Shown: piece after piece, positions 19,571 to 42,415 of the stretch
How the letters are laid out: every line of letters begins with the position of its first letter
How positions within the stretch are numbered: position 1 is the stretch's first letter
DNA from: the human T2T-CHM13v2.0 reference genome, Homo sapiens
Assembly (NCBI RefSeq): GCF_009914755.1
Contig: NC_060939.1
Reading direction: 5' to 3' (one strand)
DNA: 64,000 bases
Notes under the pieces: model-generated
The model's database searches: none
The model's input: only the letters and a program-made list of their open reading frames with translations
Told to the model about the DNA's origin: nothing
Made by a program: the position numbers and the translations under genes

Positions 19571-21329
19571 CAAGAGAGATGGCTGAAGAAAGAAAGCTGA
19601 AGGGGTCAAAGCAGAGGAAGAAAGGTAAGAACAAGGACAGAGTTGTGAAGAAGATCCAGGATACACCTAGGATGCACGCCCATCAATGTCAAAGCTCAAA
19701 GGGCTTGCATTTCCACACAATTCCTACATGCATTGGAAATACCTTCACCCTAAAACAACATTTTTCTTGACAAAAATACACAGCCAGACAGTTGGCCAAA
19801 GGAGAGTCACTTTTGTGACCTAGCAGGAGGAAGCTAAGGAATACATGCTCACCATAAAGTGCTGAAAGAAGGTGGACTGTCATATTCTTTTCTACAGTAA
19901 CGTTTCTTACTACAAAAATAACGTATGCTCATTGTCAAAATACAGATAAGCAAAAAGATAAAAACTAAAAATCACCTGTAAGTTTACCGCCTAGAGATAT
20001 CTAGGTAGATAAATATCCCTTTATTCTTTATTTTTGTGAATCTATCTTTATATATTTTTTCTTTTTCAAAAATAGGTTCATAAACTACATGCAGGTTTAC
20101 AGCTGCTGTTTTAACAATTTACGAATAACTTCTCATGTCATCTTCTATGATATAAGTTTGAATGGCTGCACAGTATTTTATTATATGACTATATCATAAC
20201 TGCATTACTCAATCCACTCTTTATTGGGCATTTAGCTGTTTGTAAATTTCTTACTCACTGAATATCCTGTATGGATAGCTTTGCACATACCCATAAACAT
20301 TTCCACAAAACAAATTCCCACAAATGGGATTGCTGTGTAAAGGATATGCAAAATTCTGAGGCTGTGAGTAGCTATTGAAGTGCCTCTCCCAGAGGTTGTA
20401 CCAGTTCATACTTTCAGCGCAGCACATGTGAGCAGAAATGCCCCTTACGTTGAACTGAGTACAAATTGTGGAGTTTTTGTTTGGTTTTTAGTTTGTCAGT
20501 TTGTCAGTTAGCCCATTTCTCCTTGATTTAGTCCACATTTTTCTCCCAAATTGATGAGGCTGAGCATCTTCATGTGTTAACTGGCTGTTTGTACTTCTTT
20601 TGGGAATCACCTTTTTATTGCCTCTAGACACAGGAAGTTTAGGGAATGACTACTTTGGAGAGAGAGAAAGAGAACAACAACTACAGTGTATGAAAGACAC
20701 GGAAATGATGACAACATCATGGAATCCAGACAGACAAAAAGAGAGGTAGATCTGTTTTGATAGTGAATCTGTCCCAACTACAGATTTCCAGCGAAGAGGA
20801 CGGTGCAGGCTGAGTTGGGCTTCCCTGATAATAGCCTTGGTTCTCAGGACCTGAGTAGGGATAGAGGTATACAAGAAACAGCTTGTCCTTCCTTCACGTC
20901 CTTATTTGTTACAAGGCATGGTCCAAATATCCCTATTGGTTTTCCAACCTTTATTCTACCAGTTCCAGTGACTTTAGCAATAGGCATCAGTAAGGGGCAG
21001 ACAGAAGACAAGCACGAAGTAGGAAGGCAATTTCAAAACTGGGAGGAACCTTGGAAATCATCTCACCTGGTCCCCTCAGTTTAAAGATGAAGGAGTCTAA
21101 GGCTGGAAAGTCGAGATGATTTACCAGCAAGTGGTAGCGCCAGGAAGTGGTTAAACCATAAGGGGATGCATTGAGGACTCAGGAGCCAGCTGGAAGGGTC
21201 TCTCACTGGCAGATACGGAACAATCCGAGCTTCCATGAAAATAACAGGTTGTAGTGTATTTGAAAAATACAATTTCCTGAACCCATACTGATAGGAATAA
21301 ATGAATGATAAATAAGCTGTGAAGAAAGA

Positions 21330-22195
21330 AAAGCTCTTCCTTATAATAGAATGCCAACAAACAAATGTTGAAATAATGTGGAAGTCAGAGACTGGCTATG
21401 TGACAAACATCATAGTAATAACTGATTCAGGTGGCAGAGTGAAGTTTTAAATATATACATAGTCTCAGTGAATCTACCCACAAAATACTTATTAATTACA
21501 AAGGGAAAAATGGCAATTCTGCAGTAAAGAAACCTGCCAGACAGCACCTTAACCAAGTGTTCAAGGTTGGCATCACTGTACGAAGACAAACAGACATTCT
21601 GCACCTCCTGACAGGACGCACTAAGGAGCGCCCCATGTCACACCTGTGGTAGTCCTGCTCCAAATGTACAATCTGAATAGAATCATGAGGAAGCATAAGA
21701 CGAACTCAAACAGAGAGATATTCTACAAAACAATTAGAGTATATATTTCCAAGATATCAAGATCATGAAAAACAAAGTAGGTTAAGCAATTGTTTCAGAT
21801 TAAAGGAGACTAAAGAGACATGACAACTCTATTTAACATGAATTCACAGACTGAACCATGGGTCTGATTGTTTTCTGTAAAGGACATTATTAAGAAGAAA
21901 TATAAACAAGGTTTACAGATTAGATAATAGTATTATACTGACATTAATTTCCTAATTACGATCACTGTACTGTGGCCATGTAAGGGAACAGCTTTATTCT
22001 TAGGGAATAAACACTGAAGAATTTGGGGGTAAAGGGCCATAATATCTATAACTTACTCTCAGTTCAGAAAAACAATTAGAGTCAGAGAACAAAGCAATAA
22101 AGCAAATGTTAAAAATGAGTGAATCTTGTGCCTTTTCTGTAAGTCAGAAATTATTTTAAAATACAAAATTACTAAAAAACTGATATTTTAAAAAG
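21330..22195 (+). mobile_element. Ancient L1M 3' region
   Basis: L1MD/ME-like motifs (cagattaaaggagactaaagagacatgacaac). Confidence 0.65.
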
Positions 22196-22199
22196 TAAA

Positions 22200-24020
22200 T
22201 TACGTCATGTTAATACCATGCTGAAAATATTTTTAAGGCCTTCCAGGGCACTTAGCTTGAAACCTGCAAGGCCCTAAGTGAACTGACAGCCTCTCTCACT
22301 ATATTTAATGTCAGCTTGCAGCTTCTTCTCCTTGCTTCAGATATGTCCTGCTTGTGCCTACCCTGTAGATTTATGTGTGCTGTTTCCTCTCCCTAGAACT
22401 CCTTTCCCTCAGCTCCTCCACACTGGCTCTTCTCTTCCTCAGGTCTCAGCTTATCTGTCACGTCTTCCTGGAGGCCCTCCCTGATCACCCTACCCAAGAC
22501 GGAGCCACTCTATGTCCTCCTTAGCACTTATCACAGTCTATAATAATCTGGTTCATTTACAATGTTGATTGCCTCTCAGGTCCATCAGGGTATGCACCTT
22601 GTCTGTCCTGTTCACCATTGTATGCTGGATTCTTCACCAGAACCACAGAACAACGAAATGTTTAATACCATTCTAGTTACACAGAAAAGAAGTTAATTCT
22701 TTACATTTGTTAAATGCCTTTGGGCATGAGGGCTTAATTCTTTTGCAGAAGTCTGTTTGAGAAAGGCTGCCAGCCTAGAGCCTACAAATAGTAGGTTCTG
22801 AGTGAGTATCTGTTGCATAATGAACAAGCACAACCTCAAAACCAAATTTATGCTCTTTCTCTATAATCCTGGTCTTTCTCCTGTATTTGTTATACTGATG
22901 AAGGTCATGGACAAGTCTCCAATCACCCAAGCAGACTCAGACCTTGGGTGGTGGGAATTCTACACACCCTATCTTTCTCACTCTCACATCTCCATTCCCT
23001 ATGTCCCCTCAGTCATCCAGTCCTGTCCCACTGATTTGCATTTCTAAATTCCTTTCAAAAGAGCTCAGCATTTCTATTGTCTCTGCCACACGTAGTTCAG
23101 GTCCTCATAATTACTTGCCAGGATTACTGCAAATATCCTCCTAACTGATGCTCCTTTTCCAGTTTTACTCTTTTTTTGTCCATACCCTTCACAGCTATGG
23201 GAGTGACTGTTCTTAAAATCAGACCTGCTCATGGCATGCTTCTGCTTATAACCTCATGGTAATCCTCCATCATCTTTAGGAGAAAATCAAAACTCTTTCA
23301 CTAGGCCTTGAGTGCCCTCTGGGCCTCAGTTCCTGCCCATAATCCAGCTTCATTTCTTGCCCTGTGTCACTAACACATTAGTCCCAGACAGCTCCTTACA
23401 GTTCCCCAGACAGACTGCACTCCCTCAGACCATTGGCTCTTGTCCATCTGCTACCTCTGTCCAGAACATTTGGTCCTCTTCCTCACCTGTCCAACTCCTA
23501 AGCACTGTTTACCAGTGCAGTCTACGTAACTCCCATCCGAAGAAAGTGTGCCTTAACTGCTGTCCCTCTACCACCTCCAGGCTCACTGTCCACCCCTTCG
23601 TGTTTTGCATCTATGTCACTCGAGCTCTCACAGAACTCATCAACCTGACTACCATTATCTGTCCCCCGTCTATCTTCCCAACCAAATCCCGAGTCCCTCC
23701 AAGACAAAGACTGTGGCTTTTCCTTCTGTGCCCCTGGCACCTACATTGCACCTGGCACATATTAGGCATACAATAGATATTTATGATGACTGGATGAAGA
23801 GGACCCAACATATAAGAGGTGATAGAGAAATGCCTACTGAATGAGTTAGTGAATGAGTAAAACTTTTGAGGAAAGAATGGGAAAGAAGCATGCAGAGAAC
23901 AAGATTTGAGATTATAAGGAATTACAAGCTCTATGAGAGCAGAAGCTGCATCTGCTTTGTTTGTGTTGTATCCCAATGCCTAGACTTGGCACACAGTGCG
24001 AGCTCAACAAATATTTGTTG
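22200..24020. mobile_element. L2 fragments
   Basis: Pyrimidine-rich L2-like sequence with 3' ends (ggcacacagtgcgagctcaacaaatatttgttg). Confidence 0.55.
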
Positions 24021-24215
24021 TTGGCCATGCGAACTGCTGTGCTTGGAGCCTAGAGGTACTGCATTCATTCATGTTATAACAAAGGCACTGTCTTATATAC
24101 TTTCTTGTATCAAACTGCTGAGATTAGGAATGTAATCCAAAACATTCTACTTCTCTTGATTATACCATATAGCTCAATTCTCAGAGTAGAAATACAGAAA
24201 CAAAAGTCTCCTTAC

Positions 24216-24395
24216 CTCATGACTGTTGGAATAGGACTTTGCTTTCTCTTCACAGAGGTGGAGTTTCTCTCGAGGAGGCTGGAATAGTGCTGTCTGAAGC
24301 AGCTTGTTTTGGAACTTCTTTCTATGAGTGATGCTAACAGCAGCAACAACTTCATCTAGGTGGTTGGATATGTGGGTTTCCTGTGATTCTTGCAT
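24216..24395 (-). CDS. TTC23: TTC23 first coding exon (aa 1-60; exon 24216-24415 includes 20 nt of 5' UTR)
   Basis: Translates MQESQETHISNHLDEVVAAV...KSYSNSHE, the recognised TTC23 N-terminus. Acceptor ttttaaaattag at 24416-17, donor GTAAGG at 24215. Confidence 0.96.
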
Positions 24396-24597
24396 ATTTT
24401 TATATACATTGTCTTCTAATTTTAAAATAAAAAACAAAGATGTTAAATGATAATTTCCATAGTTACTTTTAGAAATATACATTTCAACACTATACCCATA
24501 ATTTCTTTGAAATTAGTAGCATTATATCCCAAAAGATTATGGTGGCTACTACTGACCTGCTGATTTCTACTTTCAACTAAATTAAACCTTCTTTCTT

Positions 24598-24905
24598 TAT
24601 GTATATAGACATACATATATATATGCCTACATACATATACACACATACATACACATGTATATAAACACACATACATACATGTATATGTGTATGTATTACA
24701 CACATACATACATGTATATGTGTATGTATTACACACATACATACATACGTAAAGTCCAGTAGAAATTAGCCTAGCACATACATATGTATTTGTATGTACA
24801 TATATATATATAAAGTCCAGTAGAAATTAGCCTAGCACATACATATGTATTTGCATGTACATATATATATATATATCTAAAGTCCAGTAGAAATTAGCTT
24901 AGCCC
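24598..24905. repeat. Compound tandem repeat: TA/CA microsatellite, 33-bp unit and ~62-67-bp unit
   Basis: acacacatacatacatgtatatgtgtatgtatt about 2.6 times. aaagtccagtagaaattagc at ~24751, 24812 and 24879. Confidence 0.9.
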
Positions 24906-24984
24906 AAACAGCTCTCAATGACCCCAGATTAAATCAGCTGAAGCCCAATTGACCCTGAGGTAGAAAATAAATAATTGTTGTTAC

Positions 24985-26670
24985 AACTTTTGCTTCTGGC
25001 CAAGATGAAGTCTAGTAACTACATTTATCCTCTTGCCTGAAATAACCCAAAACAAACAGATAAGCAGCCCACAGAACAAAGGATAAAACAACGGTTTCAA
25101 GAAACAAGACAAGCAATGAGAGAGCAATTCCTGAGAGATGGAAAAAATAAATCACCCCAGTTTATTGCTTTGAGAGAGTTTCCAGGAAACAGCACAGGGA
25201 AGAGGGGACCCAGAAGTTATCCCAGTGGACTACCTGAGTTGAGGAAGTAGAGTTGAGAGTTTGGGGAGACCAAGGTGACTAGAACTGACAGGACAAATTA
25301 CTGAAGAGGAGAAGGCTCCAGAGACAGAGGAACCAAGATATTAGCAGAGGGACACCCTCAAGTATAGGGACAGAATACTGATTAGCATGTGTGTAAGAAA
25401 AGTATTTTAGTCTGGAGAAAGAATCCTTCAATAAGGTTACAGGGAACAGTGTTTTGTGCTAACGTAAGGCTGGCGCCTGTTCCCACCAACCAGACTGAAA
25501 AAATTTCTAATTCATGAGGCATTAGATAGTTAGAGTACTCAGAAGCCTTTCATCTCAGTAGAGGCGATAATTAGCTCTAGACTGAACACTGCTCAGATCA
25601 CCACACAGATCAAAAAAGTAAGACCTAAAAGGATCAAACTGTTTTCAAGTGACTTAATTGCACTAGAGGATAATACTCAAGGATGTTCATAGGAATACTA
25701 AAATAACCAACACCTAACGAGGTAAAATTCACAAAGTCTAGCATCCAAAGATTACCAAGCATCCAAAGAAGCAGGAAAACATGGCCCATAATGAGAATAA
25801 TCAATCAAAACTGACCCAGAATTGACACAGATGTTAAATTAGCAGATAAAAACATTAAAACAATTACAATAATTGTATTCTATATGTTTAAAAAGTTAAA
25901 TAAAGACATGGAAGAAATAAAAGAGACCCAAATGGAACTTCTAGATAGAAAAATTATGTGTGAAGATGAAAATGTGTGGGATTAATGGCAGATAAGATAC
26001 TGCAGATGAAAAGATGAATTTGTAGACATAGCAATAAAAATTATCAAAAATGAAAAAAAATCAGTGGACTGTAAAACAACTTCAAGTTGCCTAATATATA
26101 TGTCATTTGAGTCCCTAAAGAAAAGCAGACTAGAGGAGGGACAGAAAACATATTTGAAGAAATAATGGCCAATATTTTTCCAAATTTAAGAAAAAGCATA
26201 AAGCCAGAGATCCAAGAAGCTCAATGAACACTAAACGCAAGAAACATGAAGAAAACTATACCAAATAAAGTCAAAACATCATAAACAAATTGCTTAAAAC
26301 TATGATAAAGCAAAAATCTCAAAAGTAGAGAAAAAAGACACATTACGTATAAAAAATAAAGATAAAGATGATAACAGATTTCTTAGGGGAACAAAAAGCA
26401 AACAAGGAGAGAGTTAAAGATACTTCTTATCTTTAAAGTATGGAAAGAAAAAAGTTGTCAACCTTAAATTCCGTACTGGTGAAAATACCTTTTGAAAACA
26501 AAATTTTAAATAATTAATCGCCAGAAGACTTGCACTACAATGTTCTCAAAGAAATGTAAAAGGAAGTCTTTCAGAAGGAAGGAAAATGATAGCAAATGGA
26601 ACTCTAGTTCTACAAAACAGACGACCTTGGAAATGGTACGTACATGGGCAAATGTGTAAGGCTGCTTCCA
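24985..26670 (+). mobile_element. Ancient L1M 5' UTR/ORF1 region
   Basis: Begins cttctggccaagatg. Degraded ORF1-like (atatttgaagaaataatggcc...ttccaaatt, gatccaagaagctcaatgaac). Confidence 0.7.
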
Positions 26671-26675
26671 TATTA

Positions 26676-30660
<3,985 letters not shown>

Positions 30661-30684
30661 AAAAAAAAAAACTGGTAAAATAAG

Positions 30685-30985
30685 GCCAAGCATGGTGGCT
30701 CATACCTGTAATCCCAGCACTCTGGGAGGTGGAGGCGGGAGGGTCACCTCAGCTCAGGAGTTTGGGACCAGCCTGGGCAACATGGCAAAACTCTGTCTCT
30801 ACAAAAAATACAAAAATTAGCCAGGTGCAGTGGCATGTGCCTGTAGTCTCAGCTACTCCGGAGGCTGAAGCAGGAGGATGGCTTGAGCCTGGGAGGGGCA
30901 GACTGCAGTGAGCCAAGATCACACCATTGAACCCCAGCCTGAGAGACAGAGGAAGACACCATCTCAAAAAACAAAACAAAACAAA
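30685..30985 (+). mobile_element. Alu (J-like) hosting a TTC23 UTR exon
   Basis: Alu consensus. Confidence 0.9.
30706..30798 (-). other. TTC23: TTC23 5' UTR exon derived from antisense Alu left arm (93 nt)
   Basis: Acceptor tattttttgtag, donor ACAG|GTATGAG (Alu consensus GCGTGAG mutated to GT). Length agrees with my recollection of the TTC23 UTR structure. Confidence 0.75.
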
Positions 30986-30995
30986 ATTGTAGTAA

Positions 30996-33984
<2,989 letters not shown>

Positions 33985-34919
33985 ACAACTCATTTAGTTA
34001 TTCATTCCACAACTATTTACTGAATTCTGGCTACAAACAATGCACCAGGCTAATGTATTACGCAGAAAACAATAACCCCAAGAAATGTAAAATGGAGCAG
34101 GAAAAAAGATCAGGTACACATTAGCACAGTACTAGGTGCTAAAATTGCTAGAAGAGTGGCAAGTGCTAAGACTTCAGAAATGGGAATCATTGCTGCTGCA
34201 ATGACCTTGCTTGTTTGGCTAAAAAGACTCCAGACAACAAGAAGGGAGAAGAGAAAGCATCCCAAGCAGAGTGAATAATTACAAAAGGCTTGGAAGTGGG
34301 AAAGTGAAATACATGCATGGCTAACTGCTGGTGGTTCAATTTGGTGTATGTGAAATGAGGCTATAGAACAGCATTTTCCAAGCCAATTGCTGCAGTACAC
34401 CAGAGCCACAAGACATTAACGTACATGCCATTGAGGAGGGTTATTGACAGAGGTGATCAAATGAGTTGGTAAACACAAATATTGGTTCCACAAAAGGAGG
34501 ATTCTGTGATCAAATAAATGGGTAAACAGGTCTTCTCAAAACTTTAATATAATACCTTGTGAATATCCCAGAGTGGGTACAGTATACAGCACTTTTCCAG
34601 TCTTTTTTTTGACCATGAGATTATCTTTTTTCTTGAGCACCTATTAAATCTTATGGAAATAGCACTTTAAAAACATTGTTTGGGAAACCCTGAGCTAGGG
34701 GGAAAGTAAAATGCTGGATTTCAGGCTAAGAAGGCATTCATTCATTTCAGGCTAAGAGTTTGATTGACTCATTTCCTCATAAAGCTTATATAGCACAAAA
34801 ATATGAAAAAGAGAAAGAAGGAATCAGCCAAAGGTCAAACTGTGAGAATGCTAGAGAGGCTGATCTACAATGTAGGTGGTGTTCTCATTCCTGGGTACCT
34901 CCTAAAAATGTTAAAGGTC

Positions 34920-35264
<345 letters not shown>

Positions 35265-36752
35265 TCAATACTTCAGATTTAACAGGAAAGCTTTGCCTAC
35301 ACCCTGTTGTACAGAGACACAGTGCTATTTGAGATCCTAAGATGTTGGCTAACTTTTTTCTAATAACTTCTTGCCTTATGCTTCCTCATCTGTTCAACCC
35401 CACTGGCTGATAAGATGACCATTTCAACAGGTGCTGCAGTCTAGGGAAAGAGCAGTAGCCAGAGATGGAGAATCTGAGATTCAAGAACCTGTGCTGTCCC
35501 AACTACCCATGTGATTTGGGCAATACCAACTAATATATACATAACACTTTATACTTTCACATGTTTTATCTCATGTGGCCCTTACAACCATGTAAGGTAC
35601 AGAGGGTAGCTATTATCATCCCCATTTTATAAATAAAGACGATGAAATGAACCTAAATCAGTTGCACATCACACAGCCAGAATTAGCACCCTGGTCTTCT
35701 CATAATTTGGGGGTTTCCCATGACATCATCCTGCCTTTCACTGACCACAGTCTACAGCAGTGGGAAGCAAATGCTGTTGCTTTGGAAACCTAAGCCTGCA
35801 TTTTAAAAAGTGATCATACATTTTTATAAACAGGAATGCAACATCTTCAATAGATTTAACTATATTTTCTTATCTTCCATTTAGTGGGAGGCAGAAAAGA
35901 AAGTTTAAAGATGAAATAAGTAAGAGGCCCTGCAGTATTTGTTATTCTGGGCCTCTGAACCTAGTGTTAAACTTCGAAATGGATTTAACTTTTCTTTTTT
36001 GGCTTAATTGTAAAAACTGGTTTGTCTCATGCTGCCTCTTAATATTGCATCCTTAAAAGAGAGGTTATATTTATTCTGAGCACTCATAGGCTCATCTAAC
36101 TTGTATATATATATTTTTTTTCGCCAGTTAAAAAAAATTGAGCCATCATTTTAAAATTAGGAGTTTCACATGAAGATGTAGATTTTGGGGTTTCTGACTT
36201 CCTTTGAAAACTCAGAACACTTGTCAACACTAGATCTATGCCACCACAGGCAATAATCAGCTAGGGAAGAGGGGGAGCTGCCCTGGGGGCAAGGGTACTC
36301 TCCAGTTTGCCTGTTGCCACCAATCCCTATTGGCTACCGGACATGAAGGCAGCAAAGTCGTTCCCATTTGTCATTGTTCTTGTGTCTTATTGTAGGAAAG
36401 TAGGTCTCTGTATCCATTTCTCTCTTTCAAAGTGAAAGGCCAACAGAGAAGGATATAATTTTCCTGGCCAACACCACTCATTTTCTGTTATTTCGTCTAA
36501 TCTAAAGCACCACTGACTATAAAGATGCTGCTTTTTTATACACCATTTGACTTGCAATTGTAACGTTCACTCTAATTTCAGAGATGTTCAAATGCCAAAA
36601 AAAATGTACGTCTCTGAATCAATGAAAGGAGGAGGTATGCTACCTGTCTGGCTTCTAGAGGCATTTGAGTCTGTGGCCTTACTTTAAATGTATGTGTTTC
36701 AATGTATGTGGCATCACACAGTAACATCCTCAACATAAAAACATACTTCTCA

Positions 36753-37277
<525 letters not shown>

Positions 37278-37573
37278 CTGCCCAGTAGAATGTTAAAGCA
37301 CATAATCAGCCCCAGATCAGGGTGTTAGGAAGAAGAGGTCTGAAGTGGAGTCTCAGTCTTCCAAGTGGTGATGTTCAAAATAATAACTGAAATAGCAGGA
37401 GGGCCAACCAATCTATATAGGTGCCAACTAGGCTGGAGCTCAGTTCTGAAGGTCCCCTGCTTTTCCAGGTGTGAACCGTTGGAGGCTGACTTGTGGAGAG
37501 ATGTAGGGGAGCCTGAGGAAGGGGCAGGGGCCCTCAGGGCAGTGGCTTTTAGGAAATAAAAAACCTCATCAAT

Positions 37574-37880
<307 letters not shown>

Positions 37881-40800
37881 CCATTATGACTAGTTTCTCA
37901 ACTAGTGAAAGTGTACGCTAGTTAAGAAGCAAACTTACCCATATGTAAGCTAACGCACTGGAAAAACACTCTAAAAAGATAAAAAATACCAAAAAAATAG
38001 TGATAAAAAAATAACAGAAAAATAGAAAATCTGAATAGATCTATAACAAGTAAAAAAATTAAATTAGTAATTAAAAATATTTATACAAGGTTAAGCCCAG
38101 GCTCAGGTGGCATCAGTGATGTATTCTACCAAACCATTAAAGAAGAAACAACATGAGTATTTTGAAAACTCTATCAGAAGATAGAGAAGGAAACTCTCAC
38201 TTGTTCTATGAGGTCAGTATTACCCTGATACCAAAGCCAGACAAAGACATCACAAGAAAATAACAAATGAATACCCTTCATGAATATGGACACAAAAATC
38301 CTCAACAAAATATTGGCAAACCAAATCTAGCAACATATACAAAGGATAATACATTATGATCAAGGGGAGTTTATCCTAGAAATGGAAGGTTGGTTTAACA
38401 TCTGAACTCATTAATATAATACACTATACAGTAGAATGTGGTCACAAACCATCTGATCATCTTGATAGATGCAGAAAACACATTTGGCAAAATCCATTAT
38501 CCAATCATGATTAAAAAAACTTCCCCAACCTGATAAAAGGCTGATAAAAGCCTGATTTTACAAATCAAAGTGGATTAAAGACTTAAATATAAGACCTGAA
38601 ACTATAAAATTACCAAGAGAAAACACTGGGGAAACTCTCTGGGACAGTGGTCTGGGGAAAGAATTCTTAAGAAAGATCTCAAAAGTACAGGCAACCAAAA
38701 CAAAAATGGACAAATGGGATCACATCAAGTAAAAAAGCTGCTGTATAGCAAAGGAAACAATCAACAAAGTGAAGAGACAACCCACAGAATGGGAGAAAAT
38801 ATTTGTAAACTACCCATCTGACAAGGGATTAATAACCAGAATATATAAGGAGCTTAAACAAAACCCAATAGGAAAAAAAATCTAATAATCTGATTAAAAA
38901 GTGAGCAAAAGATCTGAATAGACATTTCTCAAAAGACATGCAAATAACCAACAAGTATATGAAAAAATACTCAACATCACTGATCAGCACAGAAAGGCAA
39001 ATCAAACTACAATGAGGTCATCTCACCCCAGTTAAGATGGCTTTTATTAAAAAGGCAGTAACAGATGCTGGTGAGGATGTGGACAAAGGGGGACACTCAT
39101 ACACTGTTGGTGGGAATGCAAGTTATTACAGCCACTGTGGAGAACAGTATGGAAGTTCCTCAAAAAGCTAAAAATAGAAGAACTACCATATGATCCAGCA
39201 GTCCCACTGCTCCATATATATCCAAAAGAAAAGTATATCAGAGATATCTGCACTCCCATGTGTACTGCAGCTCTATCCACAACAGCCAAGATTTGGAATC
39301 AGCCTAAATGTTCATCAACACATGAATGGATAAAAAAATGTGGTAGATATACACACAAAACAGAACGAAATCCTGTCATTTACAGCAACATGGATGAAAC
39401 TGAAGGATATTATACTAAGAGAAATTAACCAGGCAGAGAGAGACAAATTTTGTATGTTCTCACTCATTTATGAGAGCTAAAAATTAAAACAACTGAACTC
39501 ATGAACACAGAGAGTAGAATGATGATTACCAGAAGCTGGGAAGGGTATTGGGCAGGGAGGGAAAAGTGGGGATAGTTAATGGGTACAAAACGTAGTTAGA
39601 TAGAATGAATAAGATCTAGTACTTGATATCACAACAGGGTGACTACAGTCAACAATAAGTTATTGTATATTTTAAAATAACTAAAAGAGTAGAATTGGAA
39701 TAATTCTAACACAAAGAAATGATAAGTGCTTGAGGACACAGATACCCACTTACTCTGATGTGATTACTATACATTGTATGCCTGTGTCAAAGCATCACAT
39801 GTATCTCATAAATATATACACCTACTACTATGTACTCACAAAAATTAAAAATTAAAAAACAAAACCAAAAAATCCTGATTTACAAAAACCTAAAGCTAAT
39901 ATCATACTTAATGGAGCATGTTTGAATGTTTTCCAAGATTGGAAACAAGGCAAGAATGATTTCTCTCACCACCTGTAGTCAAAGTTGTGGATATTACAGT
40001 CAGAGCAACAGGCAAGAACAATAAATTAAGGCATGAAGATTAGAAAGGGAGAAATAAAACATTATTATCAGCTGACATAACCCTCTATGTAGAAAATCCT
40101 AAGGATTCCACAATAAATAAACAAATAAATCGCCCCCCCCAATTAGAACGACTAAATAAGTTCGGCAAGGCCATAGGATACATAATAAATAAATAAAATT
40201 GTATTTTTATATGTCAGCAATAAATAATCTGAAAATAAAATTAAGAAAACACTGATTCAAAATAGGATAAAGAGAATAAATATGTAGGAATAAATTTAAC
40301 AAAAGAAATACAAGACTTGTACAATGAAAATCATACATTATCGAAAGAAATTAAAGATCTAAATACATGGACATTCCATGTTCATAGATTAAAAGCCTCA
40401 ATATTAAGATAGAATACTCCTCAAATTGATGTATCGATTTAATGTAATATCCATCAAAACTCAGCTGTTTTTTTGCAGAAATTAACAAGTTGATCCTTAT
40501 TATGGATGAATTAAGATGGAAATACGAGACTAAGAATAAATAAAACAATCTTAAAAAAGAAGTTGGAGGACTCACACTTCCCATTTTTAAAATGTACTAT
40601 AAAACTAAAGTAAAAGTAATCAAAAGTGTTGTACTTAAAAATTTTCAGTTATGAGGTAAATAAGTTCTAGAGATATACAGCATGGTAACTATAGAAAATA
40701 ATTGAAATTTGTTAAGATCTCAGATGTTCTCATCACACACACAAAAATGGTAATTATGTCAAGTGATGAATGTGTGAGCTAGCTCTATTGTGGGAATCAT

Positions 40801-41067
40801 TACAAAAGGTACACTTATATCAAAACACCATGATGTTTACCTCAAATGTATATAATTTTTAGTTTGTCAATCATATTTCAATAAAGCTGGGGAAAAGCCC
40901 TCCCCAAAACAACGTGGTGGTACTGGCATAAGAAATGACATATAGAGGCCGGGCGTGGTGGCTCATGCCTGTAATCCCAGCACTTTGGGAGGCCGAGGTG
41001 GGCGGATCACTTGAGGTCGGGAGTTCGAGACCAGACTGGCCAACATGGCAAAACGCTGTCTCTACTA

Positions 41068-41340
<273 letters not shown>

Positions 41341-41555
41341 TCAATGGGAAGAGAACAGTCTTTTCAATAAACAATAAACAGTGCTGGTACAACTGGATAG
41401 ATACATGAAAAGAATAAAGTTGGATCTCTACACCTCACACCATATACAAAAATTAACTCCAAATGGAGTAAAGACTTAACAGTAAGAGGTAAAACTATAA
41501 AACTCTTTGCAAATATAGGAGTAAATCTTCATGAACTTTTTTTTTTTTTTTTTGA

Positions 41556-41699
<144 letters not shown>

Positions 41700-42169
41700 T
41701 AATTTTAGTAGAGACGGGGTTTCACCCTGTTGGCCAGGCTGTTCTCGAGCTCCTGACCTGAGGTGATCCACCCGACTTGGCCTCCCAAAATACTGGGATT
41801 ACAGGTGTGAGTCACAGGGCCCAGCCTGTTAGGCAAAGACTTCTGAGATATAACACCAAAAGCATAAGTGATAAAAGAAAAAAAAAGATAAATTAGATTT
41901 CATCAAATCCAAATCTTTACTGCTTCAAAAGACACTATTATTAAAGTTAAAAGACAACCCACAGAATGGGAGACAATATTTGTAAATCATTAATCTGATA
42001 AAGGACTTTAACCACAATATATAAAGAACAATTAAAAATCAGTAACATGGGGCTGGGCGTGGTGGCTCACGCCTGTAATCCCAGCACTTTGGGAGGCCGA
42101 GGTGGGCAAATCACGAGGTCAAGAGTTCAAGACCAGCCTGGCCAACATGGTGAAACCCTGTCTCTACTA

Positions 42170-42415
<246 letters not shown>

